DNA of 64,000 bases, taken from assembly GCA_951406725.2 (NCBI GenBank), contig OX597815.1:35216001-35280000 (forward strand). Reading direction: 5' to 3'. This DNA is from Octopus vulgaris (taxonomy: Eukaryota). Position 1 is the stretch's first letter. Every line of letters starts with the position of its first letter. Both the position numbers and the translations under genes were made by a program. Shown piece after piece: positions 28,315 to 41,050 of this stretch. The notes beneath the pieces are model-generated. The model searched no databases. It had not been told where the DNA came from and was given only the letters and a program-made list of their open reading frames with translations.

Positions 28315-28594
28315 AGGTTGCTTGACCGCATACCGAAAAAATAGAAATAGCAGTCAAGAATGCTTATTTCTATCAAAGTGGGACTCCGGGCACGACAAAC
28401 CCTGTAATTCACATATGCAAAACAGAAGGAATAGATATCGAAGACAGATAACCACCAGACTTCGTCTTCGATATCTATTCCTTCTGTTTTGCATATGTGA
28501 ATTACAGGGTTTGTCGTGCCCGGAGTCCCACTTTGATAGAAATAAGCATTCTTGACTGCTATTTCTATTTTTTCGGTATGCGGTCAAGCAACCT
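28315..28594. repeat. Fold-back inverted repeat, 131-bp arms, 18-nt loop
   Basis: 28315-28445 pairs with 28464-28594; the ORF track shows mirror peptides on the two strands. Confidence 0.95.
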
Positions 28595-28767
28595 GTTGCC
28601 TGTCCCTTTTTCTTATATACAATATATATACTGAACTTTACAGAAGTTCCTGCCGGTAATCGGCTATATTTACATACCGAATTCTACCAGTAAATAATTG
28701 TGGTTTTTTTAAAAACCTTTATAGAAATTATTTACTCTTATTATTATATTATATATATATATATATA

Positions 28768-29028
28768 TATATATTAGAAGAAATGAGGTAATCAGAAGAT
28801 CGGATGGTTTATATTTACAGATATTTATTTATATATTACATTTTTTACAGTTATATGATATATATTTATTTATATATTACATTTTTTACAGTTATATGAT
28901 ATATATTTATTTATATATTACATTTTTTACAGTTATATGATATATATGTAAAAAATGTAATATATAAATAAATATCTGTAAATATAAACCATCCGATCTT
29001 CTGATTACCTCATTTTTTCTAATATATA
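28768..29028. repeat. Fold-back inverted repeat, 82-bp arms, with a ~40-bp triplication at the apex
   Basis: 28768-28849 pairs with 28947-29028 (1 mismatch seen); atatttatttatatattacattttttacagttatatga occurs three times. Confidence 0.9.
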
Positions 29029-29057
29029 ATACCTGTACATCATCTCCAAACCTTCCA

Positions 29058-29141
<84 letters not shown>

Positions 29142-29734
29142 TGAGACAGACAAACAGAAACAGAGAGAATGGTAAGGGATTGATAATTGTATGACAGAAC
29201 GGCAGAGGAGAAAAACACACTGAGATCCATGAAATCAATTATCTGCGTTTGCATTTGAGCATGTGTATGTGTGTGTGTGTTTGCATGCGTGCGTGCGTGC
29301 GTGCGTGCGCGTGTGTGCGCGAACGCGCGCGCGTGTGTGTGTGTGCATGCGTGTAACCGTAATTTATATAATAATAGAGTACTGGGGTTGATTTAATATA
29401 CTAATTCTTCTCTTTAAAACATCAGGTTCTGTGTGCATATTAAAAAGAATTATTTATGACATTACTTCTGCTAACGGAAACACCACCGCCCGGCCCGATT
29501 TTTGCTAGGACAAGTCATGTTTGCTTGTAGCAAACTTCTATGATGTGTATTTCTTCCTACGTATGTACACACCTCTATGTATCTTGAGAGTCCGCCATCA
29601 CATCTTCACCATCTTCTCTGTCTTTCTCCAATCTCTCTTCTCTTGCTCTCGCTCTCTCTATCCAACTGGGATAGCAAACATTTTTCCTCTACAGCAAGAC
29701 ACATGTTTCTTATTTCTATATATTCATATTGTAA

Positions 29735-30062
29735 AGGCGCATGGCTCAATGGTTATAGCGTCGGGTTCACGATGATGAGATAGTGAGTTTTATTCCTGAC
29801 CCGAGATGATGCTGTGTTCTTGAGCAAGACACTTATATCACGTTGCTCTAGTTTACTTAGCCATAGAAATGAGTTGCGAAGTCACTAGTGCCAAGCTGTA
29901 TCGGCCTTTACTTTTCCCTTGGATCACATTGGTGGTGTGGAGAAGAGAGGCTGGTACACAGAGATGATTGCTGGTCTTATATAAACAACCTTGCCCAGGT
30001 TGTGCCTTGGAGGTTAAGTTTCAGGTGCAATGCCTTGGTCATTCATGACCGAAGGCGGGTTT
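29735..30062 (+). mobile_element. tRNA-derived SINE
   Basis: GGCGCATGGCTCAATGG head and TTGAGCAAGACACTT centre; inverted homologue at 39612-39940. Confidence 0.8.
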
Positions 30063-30354
30063 ATTCATATCGTAACCTCACATCACTTGATACAAAGGCG
30101 CCACCCACAGTATTACTCCCCACTGACTTCAGGGATATTATCTTGCAAGTTACTTGGTAACGACGCAGCTGTTAGTACTACGTAAAAAGAACACATGACT
30201 CTCTGTAAGGTGTAGGTGTTTTGAAAAAGTAATCAGCCGTGGAAACCATGTCAAAGCAGACAGTAGTGCTTGACACAGTCTTCTGACTTCCGGAAGCTAT
30301 CAAACTGTCCATACACGCGCGCGCGCACACGCACAGACACCCACACACCCACAT

Positions 30355-30393
<39 letters not shown>

Positions 30394-30400
30394 CACACAA

Positions 30401-30466
<66 letters not shown>

Positions 30467-30562
30467 AAGATGAGGATTCAGACAGAATCAAGTACTTGAA
30501 AAAGTATGCACTAGGTAGGTGCATGAGCTGACAATTATCTATCGTATGTTATTATTCATTTG

Positions 30563-30620
<58 letters not shown>

Positions 30621-30809
30621 TATCAAATAATGTTCGTACTCACTTCAACATGGCTGTTCCGTTCGACCGGAATCTACTGCGATTTTTAAACCCAAGACAA
30701 CATCTCTGGCTGATTAACGATGCACAGTCGCATCCGATATATTGCGAGCAGGGGAACGAGCCTCTACCACCATCTAACGACGGAGCCAGCATACCAGTCT
30801 GGTTTTGGA

Positions 30810-31102
30810 GTAGATAGTATGTTTTTGGGGTAGTTGTTGCTTAATAGATTGTTACTGAGCTTGAGCATTTCTTCATGGTGGGTATCACGATCGCTACTTA
30901 TATTCTTTGCTCGATGATTTAGGCACTGAGCAATTCCGCTCTTTACACTGTATGCATGGCGGGAATTGAAGTTAAGGTATCGTCCAGTGAAGGTCGGCTT
31001 GCAGTATACGGATGTCCTGAATCCATATTTAGTGCGTGTTATTAACACGTCCAGGAATGCTAGCCGATTGTCTTTTTCCTTTTCCATTGTGAACTGTATT
31101 GG
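30810..31102 (-). mobile_element. Penelope-like retroelement fragment (RT C-terminal/thumb region)
   Basis: IQFTMEKEKDNRLAFLDVLI...SVYCKPTFTGRYLNFNSRH....K...L.HRA...L..NNYP is the characteristic PLE RT C-terminus. Confidence 0.85.
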
Positions 31103-31804
31103 AACTCTTGCAAAGAGATGCCTTTTAATACCTCCGTCGCTTTTTGTTTTTTTCTTCGTCTCTTCCGCATCTACAAATTCCGTAGTACCAGCTTTCGTCA
31201 TCAGTGAGGATCTTCGAAATAAAGTCCGGATCAACTTCCATCGGTTCTTTCAGTTCACGACACACATTCAGTCGTGACTGGTTTTGATCTTCCGTGTGCA
31301 AGTGAGTATACACTTTTGCTAGAACTCTTTTCATTCGCAATTCCTCGCTCAAAATTCGTTGGCAGGAGCTCCATCCAGGACACACCAGTCATATCAACAA
31401 GTTCGTCAATTGTGCAGTGACAGTCCTCCAAGGTCAAATAATGAATTTTCATGATGTTTTCATTCGTTCATGAGGTCGTAAATTTGTGTTTTGCTCATAG
31501 CAGCGTCCTTGTAAACTTTTTGAAGCAGGGCAACTGTTTCGGTCGCCGTTTTCACTCCAGCAGAAATCAGAATTTCACGGAAGTACGCTATTCCTCCGTT
31601 TCAGTCATCGCAAAAATCGACGAACAGCGGAGAAGCACTGCAAAACAAAGACGCATCATGCGTCAGTGTGATTCCAACCGACAACACCGGTCGGCAGCCT
31701 GATGCCTCAGGGTCGCAGAAAGTGGCTTTTAGTGGCGGAAGCCTGAACTACAAGGAGCTTGTCCCACAGTGAACACTTCGGGTTACTTTTGGGTAGCCCC
31801 TTCA
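31100..31804 (-). mobile_element. Internally deleted Tc1/mariner (mariner-type) transposon
   Basis: N-terminal HTH (VKF.FLL..TATET..LQKVYKDAAMSKTQIY), TIDELVDMTGVSWSSCQRILSEELRMKRV, KILTDDESWYYG, then C-terminal EVLKGISLQEFQ; TIR-like GAAGGGGCTACCCAAAAGTAACC abutting TA at about 31804. Confidence 0.85.
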
Positions 31805-31829
31805 GTATATATATATATATATATAAATT

Positions 31830-32252
31830 GAGCGTGCGTGGTCGTAAACTGGATCCCTCCATCTGAATCAGCCTGTTATACTCTTTCAGTTTCTTCTGCT
31901 CAATTTATATTTCTCGTACTTCTGGCGTATCTGTAGTTATACCTTTTCCAGCCGCTGAGGCATAACTCCCGGCATGTGCTGGAACTGGTTCACAATCAAT
32001 TTTTCTCCCTTTTTCCTTCGCCCAAAATCACAAGCCCGATGGCAAAGATAGTAACAGTATTCAACAAATTCAACAATTTAAATCATAGGTTCCCCCTCGC
32101 GGGTGACCTGCAAACAAGTATGTAACAAAGCGCAATACGACTTACGTGAACGGAATCAAAAATGATTTAACACTAATAAAAAATACCTTGCTGTGTCTGT
32201 CCACAATTTATCAGTAGTGGTATACCCCATTTGAGGGTGTCCGCGACAACAC
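31830..32252 (-). mobile_element. Second, diverged 5' copy of the gag/ORF1 element
   Basis: Shares the ~65-bp leader with 34140-34212 and encodes HAGSYASAA...LIQMEGSSLR. Confidence 0.75.
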
Positions 32253-32259
32253 CTCCCCC

Positions 32260-32371
32260 CTTTGAGATTTTTTGTCATTTTAATCTATTTATTTTTCTTC
32301 CACACTCAGATTTATTATTTTTCAACAATGTATTACAACAAAATCTTTTTTTATTTTTAATAGAATTTTTT

Positions 32372-32431
<60 letters not shown>

Positions 32432-34212
32432 TATGTATATATAATGTGTATATATATATATATATATAATGCATATATATATCAAATTTATATATATATA
32501 TATATATATATATACATTTAACTGTTTTTGACGTTATAATATTTTCATCTGTTTTTTGTAATATTGTAATTTACTTACACATTTTTACCAGTTTATACAT
32601 GGTATTATTTCTTCATAGTCTACGACTGGAGATAGGGTACCCTACCTCACCTCCAATCCTAACGGCCAATGTTCGAATCTAACAATTCACCTAGATTAGC
32701 GTGTCTTCCCCTGTCTATCACTATGCTTTTTGTGTTTTCTGTGTACTCTTCTGCCGCCAATTTAAGTCTAATCACTGATTTGAACTTGGTGATTTTTCGT
32801 TTAGTTGCCGTGCTTTATGTCGTTATATATGCTTTGTTTTTAGTGGGGCTTTTACGGGAATGTGTGTTATGCCTGTCTGTGCCAGTGTCTACTTGTCTAC
32901 GGGGTGAACTCGGGCTATCTGGGGCAGTTTTCTTTTTTGGGGGATGTTATTGGTAGTGATGTATGCTGTGTGGGTGTACCCTGTGGGTTGTGTGCTTGAT
33001 GTATAATCTCCTCAGTTTTGCTGTTCTTCGTCTTCTTATTTGTACTTTTAGGGGGTGTATTCACCGTTTCCTTTCTTTTCCTTTTCGATACTTCGGCGAA
33101 TCCCCATTCCTCTGTATCTTCCATACACTCTTCCTGCACTCAAGTTGTCGTTATGGTACTCCTCTTTTGTTCTTCCTGGTTCTCTGTGGTTTCACTGCTT
33201 GTCTGAGGGCACTTTATTTTAATGTACCCCTTTTCTCCACTGTGGTAGCAGGTGGGCGGTCTTCCCTCTACCACCACTCTCATCTTTGTATCTTCAGGCA
33301 ACAGCAATTCTTCTGCTATTTCATTCAAGTCTTGCTGGGTGGCATGGATAACCATTTCCAGGCAGTAACCCCTTCAATTCATTTTCTTCGTTATTGCAAC
33401 TTGGATTAACTTTGCGTCCTCTTTGGTTCCGTACATTGCGGCTGCTGCCAGTCACGCTTCTTCGATTTCAGGTGGCACCCTGCCGATTCTAATTCTTGCA
33501 ACTCTTTTGCCGCAGTAGGTCAGCAGGAGCACCCATTCTTGTGATCTCAGCGACACAGTGGAGTGATTTATTGCCTCTTCTTCTGTGACATACCCCACCT
33601 CTTCTGTACCATATCTTCTCCCTCTAGTGTAGAATTTCGCAGCACTCTTCACTTCTTCCACACATTTCTCAATGGCTTCCTCTGACGCCAGCTCTATTTC
33701 CTTATTGGTTATGAACAGTGTTCTGTATCCACAGTCCTCCTCCTCGTTCTGCTGGTTAATTCCTCTGGAGGGGGTCAACCTTAAACTTGACCCCTCCTTC
33801 TGGATCAGTTTCTTGCCCCTCTACAACTTCTCTCTTTCAATTTTCACTTTCAACACCCCCAGTGCATTCGTTGCGGTGGCCGCCGAAGCATAGCTCCCGG
33901 CATGAGCTCGTTCCGGTTCGCTATTCATTTTTTCAAAGTCTCTTCGCCTCTAAATGGGGGAAAGAAAACAAATACACAGGCCCACAGGCAAAACGGCAAC
34001 GGTCTTCAACAATAGGCACTAAGTCTTCAACAATCAGATACACAAGAACACTCGACAGAACCACAAGGATTTAAACAAAAGCGATTAACACAGAGACTCG
34101 AGTGCGCACCGAGCGGTGTACGTTCGCTGACTTCCACTGCTTGTTGTGTCTGTCCACTATTTATCAGTAGTGTAACAGCCCACTTCTCATTTAGGTGTGT
34201 CCCCCACAACAC
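32260..34212 (-). mobile_element. L1/Tx1-type ORF1 (gag-like) element, pseudogenised, no ORF2 visible
   Basis: ATG at 33928: MNSEPERAHAGSYASAA...RIRIGRVPPEI...VEGRPPTCYHSGEKGYIKIKCP (degenerate CCHC knuckle)...GFAEVSKRKRK; stops and frameshifts present. Confidence 0.7.
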
Positions 34213-34397
34213 CGATATTTCACCATTTTTGTGGCTTATCAGCATCGAGTACTTGAATCAAACCCTGATCGAATCGTCAGTCTATGACTATATATAAATA
34301 GTGTGAGAACTATTCGATGATGTACCACGACGTGCTAACGATTCTGCCAGATCACAGCCTTGCAAACTTGTTTAATTATTACTGTTATTTTTTTGGT

Positions 34398-34429
<32 letters not shown>

Positions 34430-35249
34430 AGAAAAGAAATAGATTTATTTATTATATTATGGCTAGGGAATCAAGCTGGCGAATTGATATGATTATTAGA
34501 TTGTAAATTATCATTCAGACATTTTGAGTTCCAGTTTTACTGAAGTCAACTTTCCGTGATCGATAAATAAAGTTTTTGTTCGGGGATCAATTCTTCTCCA
34601 CAGTAGAAATTAGCTGTGTTAGACCTGGAGAAAATGTGCTGTGTTGCAATTAACTTCCCAAGACACTGTATGTCACGGCGGCCAAACTATAACTTAAAGA
34701 AAAGTTGAGAACAAAGAAGGACTAAATAGTAGATTTGATTAACTATTATATACTGTCTACCATTGTGAAGGACAGAGGCATTAATGTTATACCTTAAACT
34801 GACTACTTGACTTTCCGTGAGCAAACGAAGCACCAGGTGGAGAAATTGCAGTGAGTTCTGTTTGATTCATTGAATCACTAATTGTATTGTGTGTGTATAC
34901 ACATACACACACACTATTAGTATATATATACTAATAACCTGCGAGACTACTAACTTGCGTTGAACTCAATATACATATGCTACAGAACGAAGCGTTAGTC
35001 GAGTATAGAGCAGTAGAATAAACGATTATCTTATGAACTTCAAGTTACTTCTGCTATAGGATCCGGTGGACTCATAGTTAAGTGCCTCGAATATGAAGGG
35101 TACTTCACATTCGAATTGTTACCCAGGTTCTCAACTATGAGTCTATTGCATCTTAAGTTCATAAGATATCTTATTCCTTTGTGATTTCATTTTCTTATAT
35201 ACACTACTATAGATGCATGTATGTGTGTGTGTGTGTGTGTGTATGTAGT

Positions 35250-35570
35250 GAAGGCGCGTGGCTTAGTGGTTAGGGCATTTGGCTCACGATCGTAAGGTCG
35301 TGAGTTAAATTCCCGGCGATGCGTTGTGTCCTTGAGCAAGACACTTTATTTCATGTTGCTCCAGTCCACTCAGCTGACAAAAATGAGTAGTACCTGTAGT
35401 TCAAAGGGCCAGCCTTGTCACACTCTGTGTCTCGCTGAATCTCCTTGTGAACTACGTTAAGGGTACACGTGTTTGTGGAGTGCTCAGCCACTTGCACGCT
35501 AATTTGACGAGCAAGCTGTTCCGTTGATCGTATCAGCTGGAACCCTCGTCATCGTAACCGACGGAGTGCT
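35250..35570 (+). mobile_element. tRNA-derived SINE
   Basis: GGCGCGTGGCTTAGTGG head and GTTGTGTCCTTGAGCAAGACAC centre; homologues at 43695-43952 (-) and 3138-3270 (-). Confidence 0.85.
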
Positions 35571-35595
35571 CCTTATGTTTGCATGTATGTACGCT

Positions 35596-35745
35596 GGGTT
35601 TCCATACAGTTTCCGCCCACCAAATTCACTCACAAGACATTGGTCAGGCCGGAGTTATAGCAGAAGACAATTATGCAAAGTACTGTGCTGTGGTACTGGA
35701 CCCCAAACTACCTGATTGCAAAGCGAGCTTCTAAATCACACATCC
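35596..35745 (-). mobile_element. CORE-like SINE, diverged
   Basis: Homologous to 9895-10049. Confidence 0.7.
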
Positions 35746-36551
35746 GGTCGTAAACTATAGACATGGAAGGAAATTGTCCTTGGCAGACGAGCATCAAAGA
35801 CGGAGATTTGGATTAGGAACAGCACTTTAGTATCACTCAGTATCTAAAGAATATATAATTAGATGTAACAGTTGTGCGGTGTGGTGTGATTTAGCTTTTA
35901 TTAATGTTTGCATCTGTATATATGTGCGAGGAAACCTAAAGTGAGTGCCTGAGCAGATGTCTGTGTGTGTCTGTGCGTGAGTGATTGCGCGCACATGTGT
36001 GTGTGTGATGAGTTTATGTGTATGTAAGCAAGGAATGTATTAAATACGGTACTAAATCTTGGGAAGGAATTACTGTTGACTTCTGCTTGATATATGGTGT
36101 ATTGTGTTGTGATTTGTCTTATGTCGCGGATTATAGGTGTGCACATGTATATACATATTTCTGAGTATGTGAGTAGTGTAAGTTTGTGTCATTATGTACG
36201 TTTGTAAGTATGTGTGTGTGTGTAAGTCTACCATTGTATGTATGCATATATATGCGTGTCTGTGAGTGTCTGCATGTTAATGTATATGTTGCGTTATGTG
36301 CGTGTATACGTGCATGAAATATATGAGTCCATACGTGCTTTCGTATGTAGATGTATGTGCAAGTGTATGTGTGCACGTATGCGTGCGTGCCTGAGTTTGA
36401 ATGTAAGAGTATTCGTAACAACGTGCGCCATGTCGTATGTACGTGAAACGTGATTTTGTATGAATATGTATGCGAGTTTGCATTGGTGAGTGTGTGTTTA
36501 TGTGTACACCTGTGTGAGTATAAATATGCCTGCTTGACTGAATGACTACGT

Positions 36552-36584
<33 letters not shown>

Positions 36585-37480
36585 TGTGTGTGCGTGCGTG
36601 TGTGTGTGTGTATGTGAAATTATGTTCTGCGACTGAAAACAGAGAAATCATAATCAGTTTTTTTTTTAGTATGATGTATTATTTATATTTTAAAAATCAA
36701 TTTTAGTTTCTTTTTGCTTTGCTTTTATTCAATATTTTCACATTAACGTAATGGAAATCGAGACCAATAAAATAACTGGAATTTGACACTAGAAGAAGCA
36801 GTGCAATTGCTGGCTGTATTTCGTTATTATTCTTGTTGCAGTTATCTTTGTCGGTGTACTTAATGCTGATGTAGACCGCGTTGTTAGTGACATATGAATG
36901 TTGGTATTGTTGCTATTGTAATGTTGAAGTGAAGGTGATGGTAGTTGTGTTGTGAAGGTGTCCTTCTAGCTGTTTGTGTCATTACTCATATATGTGTTGG
37001 AGTGTGTCTCTCATCAACGCCATCTTAAAGACTTGGCATTTTGTAATTCCTCTCACTTAAAAGAAAAGTAAATCACACATTTTTGATGAAGGAGATATTT
37101 AATTCTAGTCAATAAATGTGTCGAACGACTATAAAGATCTTCCCCCATCTTTCTCCCGATCACCATCTCTTTCCTCCCATATATTTGTGTGTCTGTGTGT
37201 GTGTGCGTGTATGCGTGTCCGTGCATGTATGTGCGTGTGTGTGTATACAGAGAGAGTGGGGAGAGAGAGAGAGAGAGAGAGAGAAAGAGGTAGACAGACA
37301 AACAGACAGATAGATAGATTCCAATATATGTAAGTATATCAACACGTTTATGCATGCATGTTTGTATGTACGTGCGTATGCATGTATGTAGTTTACGGTC
37401 GTAAGACAAAGTACTTCATATACATCTTTATGTATTTGTTTTGCAAAATCCTTGATGTGATATCTTGAGTTGAAACAGAT

Positions 37481-37868
37481 ATTGTTATACTTGGGGATGG
37501 TCATGTTTTACCAATTAAACACACGCATTATATGCTTTGTATCCACCTCAGCTGTATTATTATCATTTTTGTTTCTTTGTCAAAGCTCTTTCATCACACA
37601 TCATGTGACCTCTTCAACGATATTTTATCCCATGTTTCACCTCTTGCTATGCTTATTCCATTTTGTCGTTCTGTCTTCCAGAAAGACAAAATTGAATAAG
37701 CGGAACAAGAGGAGACTAATAAGATTAAGTGCCGTTGGAGAGGTCACAGGATGTGTGACGAAAGAGCTTTGACAAAGAAACAAAAACAATAATAATAAAG
37801 CTGAAGTAAAGACAACATATATCGTGCGTTTAATTGTCAAAATATGGCCACCACTCCAGTACAACAAA
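37481..37868. repeat. Old, diverged fold-back element, ~190-bp arms, ~5-nt loop
   Basis: ttttgtttctttgtcaaagctctttc.tcacacatc.tgtgacctct pairs with agaggtcaca.gatgtgtga.gaaagagctttgacaaagaaacaaaa; apex TTCTG-tcttc-CAGAA. Confidence 0.85.
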
Positions 37869-38044
37869 TAATATATAATTATATATATAATTATAACATA
37901 ATCTGTCGGAAAACCCGACAGCGAGAATTACCGTTTTGATTCGTGTGAAACTACACTATATTTCTCCGGATATTCACGAGATTGGACAGGTATTCAAAAC
38001 AGCAGAGCTTAAAGTCGAGTTACATCTAATATATATATACATAT

Positions 38045-38227
38045 TCGCCATGCTGGACCACTGAACTCTATACGTTTTTTTTTTTTTCATTCTCTCTCTT
38101 TCCTTTTTGTTGACGAGCGTAGGCTCGAAATGTAAAAGACTTTTCCATTTTTTCCGAACGTCAAACTAATATACTCGTTTGTTGTTCCTAAACCTGTCTT
38201 CATCTTTTGTTTTTCTATAAATTTCAA

Positions 38228-38230
<3 letters not shown>
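38045..38230 (+). mobile_element. Hammerhead-like, (TA)n-tailed element, copy 2
   Basis: TTGTTGA-C-GAGC-gtag-GCTC-GAAAT-GTA-aaagac at 38101-38140; ends in (TA)n. Confidence 0.6.
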
Positions 38231-38274
<44 letters not shown>

Positions 38275-38489
38275 CATAAACGAAAATAGCCAGTAAGATC
38301 CATGGAGATACAGTCCGAAAGAGTACGAATACCCAATGGTAATCTGGGTGGAGTGCGGGTTAGATGGATGAGGAGAAGTACCGAAAGTCTGGGAAGTAGT
38401 TAAGATGAGAGTCCAAGTGAATAGGAAATTCGAGCTGGTAGGATGAAACTGGAGTGATCACGTGAGCGTATGAATTAAGAGGAAAAACG

Positions 38490-38630
38490 TTATTTTTCCT
38501 TTTAAGTCTTTTTGTCGGAAAGCGTAGGCTTGAAATGTAGAAGACTTCCATTCTTCCCTATTAAACTAATACACCTGCTTCTTGTTCCTACATCTGTCAT
38601 CGTCTTTTGTTTTCTGTAAATTTGAACTAC
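38490..38630 (+). mobile_element. Hammerhead-like element, copy 3
   Basis: gtcttt-TTGTCGG-A-AAGC-gtag-GCTT-GAAAT-GTA-gaagac at 38506-38545; ends in a CA repeat. Confidence 0.55.
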
Positions 38631-39157
38631 ACACACGCTCGCGCGCACAAACACACACACATACACACACATTCACACATACACACATATAGATATATAA
38701 CAGAGAAGACACAGAACGAGATCCAAATAGCTCCAATGCTCCTTGCAACAAGAAGCCAATGAATCACGTATGTTATGAAAATATATCACTTAAAGGAAGG
38801 AGGCGTTTTCCGGTGGCGAAAAACAACACTGATCAGATATTTATGTTCAAATCTATTAGAACATATGAATGAATAGCCAAGTTATAGTTACATTTATATA
38901 GTGGAAATAAATTCAAAAGTATGCAATACGGTGAATTTTCGATTCCCATTTGCAATTGTCAGGTGATAACACTAATGAAATTATATATTTATAGCTAGAA
39001 TATTCAAATTGAAAAATAAAAAAAAACAGAAATACATAAATAAATGAATAAATAAACAGCGCGACGAACCCACTTGCACGCATTCGTGCGTGTCCATACA
39101 CACATTCGTCTGCACATACATACATACATACATACATACATACATGCATGCATACAA

Positions 39158-39208
<51 letters not shown>

Positions 39209-39611
39209 CGTGTGTACGTGTATATACTTGTGTTGCTCTTTTCATCAGACTAATCTTTGAATCCTTGACCAATATCAGCAACTACAGTTAACCCTGATAT
39301 ATCGTAGAACATAAATTTTTCGATGTAACACGTGCCTATCTGTACAAAGAAACCATATTGCAAATGTCTGTTGAAGGAGACGGAGTATTTCATGACAAGA
39401 TGTGGTGGAATGCGCAGTACATTGATAATGGCAGCCCCGAACTTAAAGAGTAGGATCCAGAAATACCTCTCTCACTACAAATCATTGTACATAGAGACAT
39501 ATATAAGTAAACGTATCTTCGTCGGTTTCGACGATGAATAGTCCCATCGATCGATCAACCAAACTGGCAATTATTGCAATACACAATATAAAAGGGTGAA
39601 AAAAAAGGGGG

Positions 39612-39940
39612 GGTGAGACCCTCTTCGGTCAGGAATGAGCATGGAATCGCTCCTAGAAAGTTACCCTCCGAGGTACAAGTCCGGGCAAAGTTGTTTATGG
39701 AAGACCAGCAGTCACCCATGCGTACCAACTTTTCCTATTCAGGCCTTGATTTTATCCAAGGGAAAGCCAAAGGCCAATACAACTTGGCACCAGTGACATC
39801 ACAACTAATTTCTAAGGCTGAGTGAACTGCAGCAACGAAAATAAAGTGTCTTGCTGAAGAATGCAACTCAGAGCCCGATCCGGGAATCGAACTTACTACC
39901 TCATGATTGTGAGCCCGACGCTCTAACCACTGAGCCAGCA
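39612..39940 (-). mobile_element. tRNA-derived SINE
   Basis: Minus head TGGCTCAGTGGTTAGAGCG...AGTTCGATTCCC; homologue of 29735-30062. Confidence 0.8.
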
Positions 39941-40402
39941 ATGTACGAGGCAGACTATTCTAATTTGTACATACCTACACATACATACCTGAACTTGCTT
40001 GAATACGTTTGCATTCGCTATGGACAATTATTAAACAATCGTAGATCATTATTGATATGACGGTTCCGTTGGTTTAGCTTTTGCATATAAGTATTTCGGT
40101 TTGTGCGCGTAGAAAGAGATAAACTATAATGTTGAATTCAGACGGCCCCGATGTAGAATAGTGTAGCTATTTTCTGTGAGTTGTCCCGGCTGCAATGGTC
40201 ATTCTGAGAGGATGACTAAATAAAGATAAGAATTTCAAACTTGAAGTTTGTTAGGTTTTGAGTTTCCAGATTGCATACGCTTTTCGCTAGAGGCGTTTCT
40301 GAACGTCTCTGGTTGAATCTAATTCTTTTCAGTTAACCTCATGTAGCTTTGGGATCTGAAGTTGTCACTAGTAAACGCATCACACACGCGCACGCCCGCA
40401 CA

Positions 40403-40454
<52 letters not shown>

Positions 40455-41006
40455 CACATACACACCCACTCATACAAACATTATACACATATATATGCAT
40501 ATACTGCTGCTCTAGAGAAAATGTCCATTCGCACTAGATCCGCTGAGACAAGTGAGTTCATCCGTAGCGTACGTATATACATACATACATACACGCATGC
40601 ATACATACATACATGCGTACATACATACATGCATGCATACATACATACATACATACACGCATGCATACATGCATACATGCATACATACATACATGCATGC
40701 ATATATGCATACAAGCATGCATACATACATGCATACATACATACACGCATGCATACATACATGCATAGATACATACATACATATATACATGCACGCATGC
40801 ATGCATGCATACATGCATATGAATATGCATGCATACAAGCATACATATTTATTAATGTACTGTTCATGTGTGTATGCATTCAGATGCCCGTAAGGATTCA
40901 TATCTAAATGTATCTATCTATGTAATAATGTGTGCATGCATGCATATAAAATCATGAATGCATGAATTTATGTATCATCTAGGCATGCGCATAAATCTTC
41001 TGCAGA

Positions 41007-41050
<44 letters not shown>

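Noticed and set aside
28820-28945. CRISPR-like array
   Set aside because: Contiguous tandem units without spacers, in eukaryotic DNA.
30764-31234. 156-aa ORF as a single or fusion gene
   Set aside because: Chance read-through from mariner sequence into a Penelope RT fragment.
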